Origin: the human T2T-CHM13v2.0 reference genome, Homo sapiens | Strand: one strand, 5' to 3' | Assembly (NCBI RefSeq): GCF_009914755.1 | Contig: NC_060935.1 | DNA length: 64,000 nt | In this document: in pieces, positions 28,419-45,050 of the stretch | Layout of the letters: each line of letters opens with the position of its first letter | How positions within the stretch are numbered: the stretch's first letter is position 1 | The notes under the pieces: generated by a model | What the model saw: only the letters and a program-made list of their open reading frames with translations | Told to the model about the DNA's origin: nothing | The model's database searches: none | Translations under genes and position numbers: made by a program

Positions 28419-29599
28419 CAATTACAGTCATGTATATATCTCCATAAATACATATATGAAATTTCTTTAAAAAAGAATACTGGAAACAGAAGAAAAGGAG
28501 GAGGGAGTGGGAGAAACAAATAAGAAAATAATCCCAATTCTTCAAGCTTGGCTAGGGAGAGAATCTCCACATGGGGAATACAGTCAGGCCTCAGAATGGT
28601 GTCCCATTTTACTGAGAATTTCCTGAAGGATTTCTACTAAATTCTAACAACTGCTACCACCCTGACAGTGAGTGCATATTCTTCATACTGTTTTAGCTTA
28701 AGTATGAACATATCAACATTTCCTAAATATCATGAAGCCTAGATAATATCATGCTGAAATATTTAGACAAGACTTTACTAAAGCAATGACAAAAATATAA
28801 CAAAAATTATGTTTGCAAGTGATAGCCTGTTATGTAAAGTGGGCTTGCCTCATTGTTGGCTTGGAATCTCATAGTTTTTACCTCCTGTCCGAGACCTTCG
28901 CCAGCAGCCAACTGGCAGAAGCTAGCAATATCCTTCCATTCAGGAACAATCTCTCTCAAATATATCAAAATAAGTAAAATCCTAGACTCAAAACAGAACA
29001 AAAAACAAAGAGAGAAGCACTTTTATTTGAATCTGTTAAAAATAATCCCGAGGTCTTTGTTGACTAAGACTTGGAGTGTCTACCCATACCACAGAATTGC
29101 TGTCTTACCTAAAGACTCAATAGAGTTGGCATGTCAGTTTACAAGACAATTACGTGGCAGCTAAAGAAGAGATACAAGCACATAAAATTTTTATATCTTC
29201 ATTTTATATATTGGCTAAAATCTGTCTTGTTTCTTTTAATATACAATCACATAGATAGCGTGGATTACGTCTTTTGAATTTACAAGGTAAAATGACTGCA
29301 TGGCTTATACTCATGGCAGTAGTTTGATACCCTCTTGGGCCCAGTTTCAATGCATCTATAATTATTTAGCACATCCATTTTACATATGCTTTCGTACATT
29401 TGCATACATACACACAGACTCACATAACTTTTGATATTAAAAATGTTTAAAATGTTTCAACAAATTATATAGGCTTTCATAAAATTTTAGTACAATTTAT
29501 TTCTAGCATGTATACCATCAAATAGATTGCCATGATTTTCATTTTCATAAAAACACATTAGGATTTGCATTCCTGACCAAAAAGGTATAAATAAGCATA

Positions 29600-30030
29600 A
29601 GTTATGAAAACATCTATACAAGATATAACAATTTTTATAATGCTTAATAATGTTATGATATATGTCTTAAATATAAATATAAATATACACATATATTCAA
29701 ATATATAATATATAAAATATACATATTGATATTTACTGTGTATTACAATATAGTTCCAATTTGTTATATACATATACTTCACATAGAGTCCCAATGTAAC
29801 ATATACACATATTATACTGTATTTCTAATGCTCTATGTTATATAGAGTATATTTTACATGCAGTAAAAAATGTGTTAGATATAGACATATACTCTATATA
29901 CATCATTAAATATGTTACATAATATAAATGTACAAATGTAAATTCTTACAATATTTGTAATATTAACTTTCAGACCAAGTGTATAATAGATATATGTGTA
30001 TATAATATGAAATATATTAGACATATGCTC
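29600..30030. repeat. TA-rich low-complexity region
   Basis: Dense tata/atat/acat motifs. Confidence 0.75.
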
Positions 30031-31177
30031 TTTTGCTTTACATGTGACTCTATTTCTATTTCAATTGCTGTGCATTATGCCTTTGGTCTGAAGTTAACAT
30101 TCACATTTACATTCTAAACATTTTATCTGGACATGTTGCAATTTATAATGTTTTCAGGAAATGAGTTACATAACCAAACTCAATTGAAAATATGCTTCTT
30201 TTTTTTAAAATAAATATTTGTCTCTTTTTTTAGAGAAGCATCGAAATCATTACACTAACTTGAAAATAATTTTCAAGGTGAATTTTTAAAAATAGTCTTA
30301 CTTTCCATCACGGAACAAAATTCCGTGATGTAAATGGTAAACCTCTAATAAGTAGATAAAGGCATGGGACTGACATGTAGTTCTGTGCCTATAGTGATGG
30401 GAATGAAGAGTGTTCAGATACATATAAAATATGTATATGTACATAATATTATGTCATATTATATATACAGTCTAGTCATCAAAAAGTGCATGGGACAGAG
30501 ATAGTGCCCCCAAATATTATTCAAAGAGATAAGCAAAACAAATGCTTATTCTCTCTCCTTTGATATATCAATACTTTGCTCTGTAGCTGTTATTCATAGA
30601 TCCCACACTATTCTGTCCAGGTAAAAGAACTAGACACACACACACAAAAAAAGAAAATCATTCTTAACATAATTATGGTCTACTAAGGTCACCTCATTAC
30701 TATACGTTGCATATAAAAAGTGGTTAAATAAAACCATAAAGGATTAAGCAGAAAACAGTATTTGCATGAAATAGACATGCATTATCTGATATTTTCATTG
30801 ATGTATAATAGCATATTTAGGTGGCCTTGAAGTAAAAGTCACTTCAAATGATAATGCACTTTTGAATAAACCAGACAGACAGAATGTGTTTCAAGGCATA
30901 GAACAGAATACCAATAATGGAATAAGGAATCTTTCTTTAGAGGTAAAAATTATGCTGCTGTCTAAAGTTTAAATTTTTCTTGCCCTGTTTCTTTTATTGA
31001 TATCACTATATGTCATGAAAACAAATGATTACAGTGAAAATTGAGAAAAGTATTTTTTTCTCTTCCAGTTATTCAAAATAACAATTTAAACAATGTTAGA
31101 AGTCTATATTATAAAGAACTGAGTAATTATTTTCTAGAATACTGTTTTCAATGAATATTTAAGAAAAGTAGAAGTTA

Positions 31178-31585
31178 CTGTGAAAAGAAAACTTCAGAGA
31201 AATTGTATTAAGCAGAGTTTAATTGAGCACAGAACAATGTGCACATCAGACAGCCACTCAAACCAGAAAAAGTTTACAGAAACTCTAGGGCTGTCCTGTG
31301 GTCAGAAAGGATTTATGAACAGAAAAAGGAAAGCGATATATAGAAAACGGAAGTGAGGTACTGAAACAGCCAGATTATAAGTTTGTCTTAGGTGAACACT
31401 AACAGTTGGTTGCCTGTTAGTAGTTGAAGTATGGCCTCTGTGATTGGCTGAGACTCGGCTACTTGGTCCAAGAGTAGGTTACAGTCCGATTACACATCCA
31501 GTTAGGCTACAGTTCACTATGCACAGAAAGAGAAAACCTTAGGCTCAGCTGACATGAAAGTCACTTTGGGCCAAACTTAAAATAC
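31178..31585 (-). mobile_element. ERV1 LTR, MER57 family
   Basis: gagtttaattgagca...aacggaagtgaggtac...gtgattggctgagactc...aagagtaggttacagt...catccagttagg...ggccaaacttaaaata; reverse-similar to the copy at 54012-54386. Confidence 0.8.
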
Positions 31586-33229
31586 TATTATAGTACTTTG
31601 AGTGCTGTTGGTTAAAGGTAATTTTCAGAATTAATGACACCACACCAGAAATATACTACATCCTCTCTCTGACTTAGAACACTATCTCAGTTAACAGCTG
31701 CTAGACAGCTATCATCATGTGAACTGACTATCAGAGCGGTTTATTATTGGCCCCTGTCAGATGTACTATTCAGACGACTGAAAGGAAAATGGCTATTTCA
31801 ACAAATGCAATTTATTAGATAATTGATGTTTTTGTGTTGAGAAACTGTATTGCCTTTTGTGTCTGAGTTTAACTTTTAAATGCAGCAGGATATTATTATA
31901 GGTGTCAGAGGTTTAGAATTATTTCATGCCTTTATATTTTTTAGACATTCCACTGGTTGGATTATTTTAATAGAATTGATCAGATAAATCAGTCAACATG
32001 GTAATTCAGTCCAAGAAGTTAGGACTTTTTGTCTGATTTACTTCCATAGGCAATACAGATAAAATGGCCCCAATGTATTGACAAGTAAATGAAGAATAAC
32101 TAACTACACTTTGGGATTTGATGTGTCTTCAGGCAAGTCAGGTAGCTCTACTGTATGAAAACAAATCTGTTTGCGAATGAAAGTTAAAAAACAAATAAGT
32201 AAAACTGAAAAAAAAGAAACTAAATTGAAAAATTAAGCTGCCTGGGTCTCTTTTCTCTGGGCAATGCCATAAATTTATTTCTTTTAGCAGCTACTACAAC
32301 AACAAAAAATACTTGATTTCTAACTTGGATTCTCTAAAATCAATAAAAATGAGACAGATGTTTGAGAAAGTCTCTTGGAAAGTGGGATGGCACAGAAAGC
32401 ACAGATTCCAGGTGATAAACACAGATGCTGAAATATGAATGATGCTGAATAATTATTTTTTACATTTAAAGATATGGAGCCTGGGAAAAGTACCTAGACT
32501 ACATCAGATTTATAAAAGAACCAAGACCTTCCTGTACATAGAAATAATAAAAACAATGAAATAAGTTATTCAAGAGGTAAAAATAAATGTTTCATTGAAT
32601 GTTGGAATAATATTAAACACTAACACACAAAGAGAGATATATCCCAAATGAACAAGGTGTATTTTACCATATTTTCTTTAAATTAATGAGAAGTATCCCA
32701 TCTGATTTTGAGTCCAGTACTTTCTATTTTCTTAGTAAAATTTGCCCAGCCTGTGGATTTTCAAATAATTGATAGATACTAAATATCAAGAAAACAGTGT
32801 TGCAATTTTACAACCATGGGCATAAACAAGTCCGTAAGTGAGTTTACCAGGTAGATAGAATATCAAAACAGATTTGATAAATGTTAATGAGCTTTCCTTT
32901 TAAGGAAATGCCAAGTACACCAAATGAAGAAAATGTCACCTGTGAATTCTGCACCCTACAAAGGGCTGTGTCTCTTCTTAAAAACCTTGGAAGCTTGGGA
33001 ACATAGTATTTTCAAGGAAATTTCACATTGTTTTGATTGAGTAAAAGATACATGAAAATATACAAATTGGCATTTTAATACTGATAATCATTATACAATG
33101 TCTTATTTGATGAAGTAGTTTTATCTATTAAATACATTACCGATCTTTCTTTGCTTCTGCTAGCCAGGGAAACTTTCTGAAGGATATATATTTTTTTAAT
33201 CACAAAACATTCTTGAGAAAGACTTCTTT

Positions 33230-35072
<1,843 letters not shown>

Positions 35073-35474
35073 TTGTTCCTACCACTGAATGCCAAAATAT
35101 TTGGAATAAAAATGAAAGCTTCTGACAAGCAAAAAGTAAATGTTTATCAGAGGACATGAAGCCCAACATTCCACATTATCTGTGTAATGTTGTGTGTCCA
35201 GGTATTTGATTGTTGCATACTGGAATTGTGGAAATGTATTGTGGTTGCAGAAATCACTTTTTGATGCTGAAGGGAGCCATCAGTGGAAATATATATGGAT
35301 TTCATGCAAGACAAAGAGAAATGTTGGTAAGTCAAAACATTATTTCCATAATAACCAAGGCAATAATGCAAAGGTGTCTTCAAAAAATCCTGAGAATAAA
35401 TATACCATACATGCCTTGCCATGCATGTATTTATTTATTTATTCTCTATTCTTCAAAAATGTCTTCATGTAGTC

Positions 35475-35790
35475 TTTCTTTTTTCTTTCTTTGTTTTTCT
35501 CTTTCTTTCTTTCTTTCTGTTTCAGGGAGTACATGTGCAGTTTGTTACATGGGTATATTGTATGATGCTGAGGTTTGGGGTACATGTGGTCCCATCAAAC
35601 AAGGAGGGAGCACAGTACCCAATAGATAGGTTATTGGCCTACACCCACTTCCCTCCTTCCTCACTCTAGCACTCCTCAGTGTCTATTGTTCCCATTTTTA
35701 AGTCCATGTATGCTCAATGTTTAGCCCCCAGTTATGGGTGGGAACATGTGGTATTTGGTTTTATGTTCCCATGTTAATTTGTTACAATAA
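35475..35790 (-). mobile_element. Old L1PA (L1PA15/16-like) 3' end with a (CTTT)n tail
   Basis: gtacatgtgcagtttgttacatgggtatattgtatgatgctgaggtttgggg...agtacccaatag...gtgtctattgttccc. Confidence 0.85.
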
Positions 35791-37279
35791 TTTTGTCATG
35801 TATTTATAGAGTATTAGAATAGCAACAGGTTTCCAGTGATAAGAAAATAATTTAGTAGTTATTACCTTTGAAGGAAAGTTAGCAACTTGTCCCTACCTCA
35901 AAAAAAAAGTTTAAAATAAGAAGATACCCATTCATGACAAATAGATCAACAAAACAGGCCTTGCTCTATAAACCCAATGAAAATGGCTCTATTTTCCCAT
36001 CTGTTTTAACATATTCACATTATTAAAAATTCTACACACCTTGTTATAGTTGTGAAACTTATAATATGCCTTTATCAATCAAAATATATTCTCATGTAAT
36101 GAATTTAGATGTACCAAATTTTTACTTGACATTGTTCCAACCAATTATTGTGGGGCTCAGAATGAAGAATACTGGTGCTAGGACTATTGTTACATGGTAC
36201 TGGAGTGGTCCTTTGCACAAAGGAAGTTTCAATACCAACTTCTTTGCTATATTAGCTATGCAACTTAGTCAAATGTGAGAACTTCTGGGAACTTTTAAAA
36301 AATCTTTTAAACAAAAATATATACTTATTATATAAAGCATTAATTTACAGATATTATTTTTATATAACTATTTTTAAAATAGTTATATGTAACTTTTATA
36401 TGTAACTTTTTTTAAAAAGTTATATGTAAAAATAGATATTTTAAAAATAGTTATATGTAAAATCCTGGTACATGGTGTACTTTCAAAAAGTATTAGGTTT
36501 TTTCATTTTTCTTTTATTTTACAACCTGACATTTCATCAACTAGAGATTCAATATTTTTAATAAACTACCTCATTTAAAATTGAAATGTCTCTGGAAGGT
36601 TAAAAATTTTATATATCACTTTCAATTAGTTTAATTAGATTACTTTATGTCCCTATCTAAACTCAACCTCCAAAACTGACTCATGGAAAGCTGTTTTTAT
36701 AGGGATGGTGGGAAGGTGATCGACATGACTTCAGTGTACAAAGCTAGAAAGAAACTTCAACTAGTGTAAAAGAATTGAATTCAGCATTTTCTAGGTTAAC
36801 ATTAAAAAATAATTTTCAAATGGAGTGTAGTAGATCTACTTACTCTTAGTTCTGTTCTGTTTGGGTTTTCACTTCTTGGGGTTCTCTTCTGATTATCACA
36901 ACATGCTTAAATCAAACAGAATACAAGAGAAGAAGTGTGGAGGGCATTTTCCTTTTTAATACTTGAAAGATCTTTCATTTCTGACAGCTGAGAGAGACAG
37001 GTCTTCAAAAGGCTTCCCTAAATTACTAAGGGAGAATTTAAGAGAAATCCGTGCTGAGAATAGGAAAATACACATTTTAAATGTCTGGCTTATAATCCAC
37101 TAGGTTCTGATACGGCCCTATTTTTCTTGGTCTCCGGGATTCCCAGGCTTTAGTTATTTTCCCATAGAAACCCATTTCCAAATCCCTGACCTGCAGTCAA
37201 AGGGCACCCTGTGAGATATCTAGAAGTGGTTCCAAATCTGGTCTAGCAGTTTGTACATCATCAACTCGATGGATGCATG

Positions 37280-37440
37280 TAAACCTCACAATAATGCTAA
37301 GGAATAGGAACTATTATTTTAAATCATTGTAGTTTACATATAAGAAAACTAAAGCCAGGCCCACTGTTTGCATATAGTGGAGCTGGCATTAGAATTTAGA
37401 TAGTATATTTTCAGTGTCTGTGCTCAAAACCATTATGCTC
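37280..37440 (-). mobile_element. MIR relic
   Basis: cctcacaataat...tttacatataagaaaactaaag...agtggagctggcattagaatttaga...aaccattatgct. Confidence 0.55.
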
Positions 37441-37899
37441 TACCAGACGGAGTCTAATAATTTTTTTTCAAACAAAAACATTATTTTTGAGCTTTTACTT
37501 TATATGGGACTCCTTGATAAAAACTTTCTCTGCATTATTTCATATGAAATATGCAAGGAGCACTTACTATGGGTCATAATATTTTATGATTACATACGTA
37601 AATAAAATAAACCTTCGTCTCCTTGGTTCATATAATTTTGTAGAGGGACACATGCACCTACCTATCTGCCTACTCACATACAAAAATATATATAAAACTT
37701 ATAAGAAATCTGAATTAGGTACTAAAATTATCCCCATATTACTGAAGAGAACAATGAAGTCTAAGAGGTTAAAACATCAAGTACAGTTTATTAGACTTGT
37801 GCATGAATGAACCTTCATATGATTTCACTGTCCTCAGGTGTCAAGTCAGTCCCAGATTTTAAGTTTTCCCTGCTCGGTCTACAGACATCATATAGAAAG

Positions 37900-38020
37900 A
37901 CAGCAACTTTGCTGCATCCTTTCTGAAATCTGCATCCATAGAATCATTGAACACAACAAAATGATTGTTTATGACACTGAATTTACAGTAATTTTTTATG
38001 CAACAAAAATAACTGAAACA
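37900..38020 (+). mobile_element. MLT1 LTR 3' fragment
   Basis: tccatagaatcattga...aaaatgattgttt...cactgaattt...tttttatgcaacaaaaataactgaaaca. Confidence 0.45.
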
Positions 38021-39819
38021 AACACCAACCCAACGAGGTATGTAATGCAATGCAATGCACCATGGTTATATTTCAAGAATAACCCCAGTGGAGTTTCAGG
38101 AGGATATTTTGTTTCAGCAGCATTGTGAAAAACATGTGAGCCTGGGAAAGGGCACTGGGCATAGAAATAGTGCTTAAATGCAGTGATTCTGAAACTTGAC
38201 AAGATTTTGATCCACTTATGTGAGACAAAAGATTCCATAGTTCACCTAGCACGTCTGTTTCTACTATTAGGAACAGAAGAAATGTGAGATAACAGAGGGA
38301 TAGAGAGAAACAAAATAACAACAAAATTGATAACCACACAAGTTACAAAAGAGCAAACGTGAAAATTTTTTTAAATATGTCAATTAAATGAAAGAGAATC
38401 ACAGCTAAAACTTGCGGTGAAACATGACTATGAAACTTTATTGATAATATCTTAATTGCAAAACCTCTCTCTTCTTGACTATTACATGATTTCTAACCAT
38501 CTGCATTTGCACCTGTACTGTTCAGTCTTACAATGCAGTCAGGACTTGTGGTAGAGTCTAAAATGAAGAACTTGGTAAATTTTTATCAGTAAACTCCCTT
38601 TTTCTTACAAATGTAATATAAAATAAAATAAAATGTCACCAGTAGGATATCTGAGTAATGCATTAAAGTGAAAAAGAATGTCATCTTTATGACATACATA
38701 CACACACAGATGTTGACATGCACATGTGTAATTAAGAAAAAAAGACACAGAATTTTGGATCAGTTCTTAATTCATCAAGGAAAACATTAAGAGCCTGCTG
38801 GTTGCCTATGGACCATAGATGAGAGCGCAATGTACCTTTCCAGACCAGACACAGTCACAGAGGGTAACTTTCTGGATTCATGTAGCTTACTCCTTCCATT
38901 TATATGAAAGTATTTGCTGCCAGTTAGTCAGGGTTTCATTTCAGGAACTGCCCAGGGCTAGAAGAGGATCCCTTGTGCAGATCTTTTGGCACTGGATTAC
39001 AGGGATGCTGCTTTCACTGCCCTTAAGCCTCCATATCACAACCACCCCCTCATTGTGTTGGCCCTACGTTAATTTGCGGAATTTAATCTGTGGAACAGAA
39101 AAGCCAGAGGCCTTCCTAAAGCTTCCACATTTTCCTGTTTGAGAACCAGTGGAGAAGTTGTCCATTTTAATGCTTTATTTCTCTTCTTATAAAAGACTTG
39201 GAAATGAATAGGTCACTCTGAAATAGTCCTTGGAAAGTCTGCTATTTCTTTCATAGATTTCTGATATTGCCTTGGTTCTGTAGCAGGTAATGTCTGAAGC
39301 AAACCAGAGTCAATAATCTGACAAAGTCAAAGGGAGGTACCTTCACTACTTTAAATTATACATTCATTCTTATTCTTCTGTTCTGAGTACAGACTACAGT
39401 GGCCGGTATTCTTTCTGAATGCTAAATTCAAAGTTGACCAAAATCACAGAATATTTTCTCATAAAAGAAAGTTAGAATCTACCTACTTCATGTTATAAAA
39501 GAGGAAATTGAATCTTGGTTACAAAAGCAACAGGCCATACCCGAATTCACAAAGATACTCACAAATCTGGAAATAGAATCCTTTATTCCTGAGTCTTAAT
39601 ACTATATTCATGTTTCTAAATTAATTATTCCTCACTAGAATCAAAGATTTAGGCTTTCTCATAGAACTCATATGTGTGCATCCACTCTTTGTATTAAAAT
39701 TTTGACAGTAATGCCTAAATACACGCTATTAGTAAATTAAATATTAATCTTATTTTATCAACTATTTGCAATTACACTATTCATCATGGGTACCATGATT
39801 ACTCTTCAAAAATAATTAT

Positions 39820-39935
39820 CAATGTATTAGACACTTTATTAAGCATTCACATGTATAATTTCACTTAATTCTCATTGTCATGAGAAATAGTATTAATATT
39901 TGAATTTAAGATTGATGAAACTGAGGCATAGGGCC
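39820..39935 (-). mobile_element. MIR relic
   Basis: aatttcacttaattctca...gatgaaactgaggcatagg. Confidence 0.5.
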
Positions 39936-40354
39936 TAAACTTGGTGCAAAAATTCTAACACAGCTCCTTTTGCCTGGCGCTTGCATCTTGGTCTTTTTAC
40001 CAGCTTTGCTTCAAAATTTTGCTCCGCTAGATGCTTTGCCAAGTAGCTGAAGCTATGGATGCAAATGCCTAAATAAACATTTGAAGATTTATAGTGCTTC
40101 ATGTCAGTGTTGCTAAAATGCAATACTGCACAACCTCTTTTTGAAAAACCTTTCAAGGAAAAATATAAGATGCGTCCGATGGAGTGGCAACTACATAAAT
40201 GATACCTCCTGAGAAATATACTGAACCACTCTTTCCTTGTCAGAAAGGTCAAATAAGGTATTTTGTTTGAAAGTTACAGAAATTGTTCCTTCCAAATAAA
40301 AATTTTAACCTGTGCTTTTATTCCATGCTAGGTGTAAAGTAGGTTGGTAAATTC

Positions 40355-40455
40355 ACATTGTTTAAGAATTAAATAAAAGGACATGTACATGAAATATCTA
40401 GTATCATACCTGGAATACAGTAAGTGCTAAGTAAATGTTAGCCATAGTTATTATT
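40355..40455 (+). mobile_element. MIR 3' relic
   Basis: tacctggaatacagtaagtgctaagtaaatgttagccatagttattatt. Confidence 0.55.
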
Positions 40456-40697
40456 AGCATACAGCTTTCCTTTCATCTCTTATTTATTCCAAAACTCCTC
40501 TGAACAGGTTGCTTTTTTTTTTCTTGTTTGCTATCACTACTTCATTAAGACTGCTCTAAAATAGTAGAGACCATCGGATTGATAACAGCATATTTAAGTG
40601 TTCTTTTGCTTATCATCCAAACAGCATTTATGACAACTACCTATCTACCTATCTTTCTTTCGAATCTGGACAGTTTCTCAATTTCTTCTAAAATGTA

Positions 40698-41590
<893 letters not shown>

Positions 41591-41594
41591 TAAT

Positions 41595-42700
41595 ATCTAT
41601 TATCTATTACCATGGTAATTCTGTGTAACAACTCCAAAACTTCCGTGGTACACAACAATAAATTTTCACTGCTCTAGCATCTGGAATAAGCTATAGCCTA
41701 TCTATACTGCTGCACTAATCTTGGCTGGACTTTTTCATGTCTAAGAGGAGCCACTAGTTATTGGAACATCTAGATTCACCTTGGCTGGGGCAACTGAGAT
41801 GAACTGACTCTGCCCACAGGTCTTTCATCTTCCAGCAAGTTATTCCAAGTATGTTATTGTAATGATAAGACAGGAGACTAGGGTCTGGAGGCAGGGAACC
41901 AAAGGCCAATTCATGCTGACTTTCGAGAACTAAATCAAAAGGAAAACTCCAACTTTCCATGCCGAAGTAGAAAAAGGACCAGAGGCTACTCCATTTGCAA
42001 TGCCCCACTCTTTTCTGTATGGCAGATGAAAAATTAAAAGTACTTCTGATTGGGTCCTTCCCACAACCAAGCAGGCTGGTCATGGGCCAAGCCTTCATTT
42101 GCAAAAGAGTATATAACTTTGTAACTTCACTTCAGGCTCTGGTTGGTCACTTTCCACAACCAAGCAGACATTTGCATAGGGTGCAACTTTGTAACTTCAC
42201 TTCAGCCTCTGATTGATTGCTCCATACAACCAATCAGACTGATTGCTGGTCACTACTTCATTTACATAGGGTACACAACAAGTAACCAATGGGTAACTTC
42301 TAGAGGGTATTTATATCCCAGAAAATTCTGTAACTGAGCTCTTGAGCCACTTGCTTGGCCCGCTTCCACCCTGTGGTGTGTACCTTCATTTTCAATAAAT
42401 CTCTGATTTTGTTGCTTCATTATTTCCTTGCTTTGTTTGTGTGTTTTGTCTAATACTTTGTTCAACACCCCAATAACCTGGACTCTTTCCATCAGCAACT
42501 GTGATAGCAGTGGTATAAGCAAGGAAGGAATATGCCATGCCTCCTAAGGGCTAAGCTTAAAACTTCCTTTTTTAGCCAAAGCAAATCACATGACCAAGCC
42601 CAAGAGTCAAAATATGGGGAATTAGACTCTAGCTCTTTAGTAGGCAGAACTTCAAAACCAAAATTCAAAGGGCATGGTTATAGGAATAATTAAAGAGTTG
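41595..42700 (-). mobile_element. Old MLT1 (I/J-like) MaLR LTR split by MER51
   Basis: Left piece tgtgtaacaactccaaaactt...cttggctggggcaactgagatg; right piece gccaaagcaaatcacatgaccaagcccaagagtcaa...aaagggcatgg. Confidence 0.55.
41866..42500 (+). mobile_element. ERV1 solo LTR MER51 (MER51A-like)
   Basis: gacaggagactagggtctggaggcagggaacc...aaatcaaaaggaaaactccaactttcc...tttcaataaatctctg...aacctggac; TSD atga/gtga. Confidence 0.88.
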
Positions 42701-43346
42701 GAAAATTTAATAAAGTCAATTTATCCTTTCACAAGAAGAAATTGAGGCTTAAAGGATTTAAATAATATAGTGTAGATTCATACACCTAGAGCATTACAAA
42801 GCAAGATCCATGGGTTTTTCAAATTCCAGAGCTGCAATCCAACAATTTTGACCTTTATTTCCCTTACAAGTACTTTCTTCCCTTGTTTTCCTAAAATGTC
42901 TTCCTTTGGCTTTACTCTTAATGCACTAGTGATTTGTTATGTCTCCCTTGCTGTGTTTTTTTTTTCCCCTTTACCTATTCCTTGTTAGACTATGCAGAGA
43001 AAAACTCAGAACTATGCTGTATATCTCATTTTTTACAGAATCTATCCTGAGTTCCATAGAATTGAGTGTTTGTGGACAGAAGCCCCATGACCTCAGATGG
43101 GAAAAACAAAAACAAAAACAAAACAAAAAACTTTCCATTAGCCTCCAGTTAAAATGTATCTTTTTCTTTAAATGTAGGCTACAGAATACATTAGTATTAG
43201 CAATGTGTGAAAATTTGTCATGAATAAAATAAGTGATAATTTCATATAATTACATACCACAATCACAATGTGATATATCACATTATAATTGTTTCAAGAA
43301 TCTCAAAATATTATTTATCTCTATCCAAATTTGAAATTGGCATACT

Positions 43347-43478
43347 TTTTTTAGGAGATGAGTGTCCTTCTTGGTTGCCCAGGCTGGAGTGCAGTGGTGC
43401 AATCATAGCTTACTGCAGCCTCAAACTCCTGGGCTCAAGCAATCCCCCTGCCTCAGCCTCCTAAGTGGCTGATTATAA
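43347..43478 (-). mobile_element. Alu monomer fragment (AluJ arm or FLAM/FRAM-like)
   Basis: gttgcccaggctggagtgcagtggtgcaatcatagcttactgcagcctcaaactcctgggctcaagcaatcc. Confidence 0.85.
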
Positions 43479-43769
43479 TTAAACATCAGATACATCTTGA
43501 TATTGAATGTGTCAATGAAGAAGCACATGCATTGACTATATTGAAAATTTGCTTAAAAATATTTTTTATAGTACACATTGCAATACAATTAGCTTGTTTT
43601 TTAATTTAATGTATTTTATTTATTCTAATTAAAGCATTTGTAAGATGAGTCTTTAGGCATTATTAGACTGAAAATCTACAGTTTAAAAAGGAACTCTTAA
43701 AAAGTTAAGTACTCTTTTTACATCTACACTTGCTAAATAATAGTTTCCATTGTCATAATTATGTTTCAA

Positions 43770-44270
43770 TTCATGAAAATCTTTCTCTAGCCCTGATACC
43801 TCTCCTGAGTTTTACACTCAAATGATCATTTGGTTGCCTAATGGCACTCTGCTGTTTTGTAGGCACATCAAGGTAGATACATGCACAACAGAGCTCCTTT
43901 GCTCCATAGATATACATGCCTCTTTACCATCCTTTGATCTCTACTGCATCAATTGTTATCATTGCTATCAATATCTGGATGTTATAGTCTGCTCCTCTGC
44001 CTCACACCTCCACTGTCAATCAGTACTACCTTGTTTGGTCTACTATAGAGGTCTTCTACTTATCAATTCATATCTGCTTTTATGTTTCTCTAACCTATAC
44101 TCAGTATTAAATCATAATGTTTCTTTTAAAACACCAATCTTATAAATGGTTTCTTAGTTCACCAAGGATAACACTTAAATGTTTAACATCTTTTTTAGGC
44201 CCTCCACTATCTAGATCCCCTCTTGCTTCATCTTCTCTCGTTATTCTCCTTCCCTTTGTTATCAGAAGTC
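43770..44270 (+). mobile_element. LINE-2 relic
   Basis: ctctagccctgatacctctcctgag...taggcacatcaa...acagagctcc; pyrimidine-rich, L2-like composition. Confidence 0.5.
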
Positions 44271-44329
44271 CACTATACTCTGCTTTTTAAAGTTTTCTGT
44301 ATTATTCTTGGGAATTGTTATCAGTCAAC

Positions 44330-45050
<721 letters not shown>

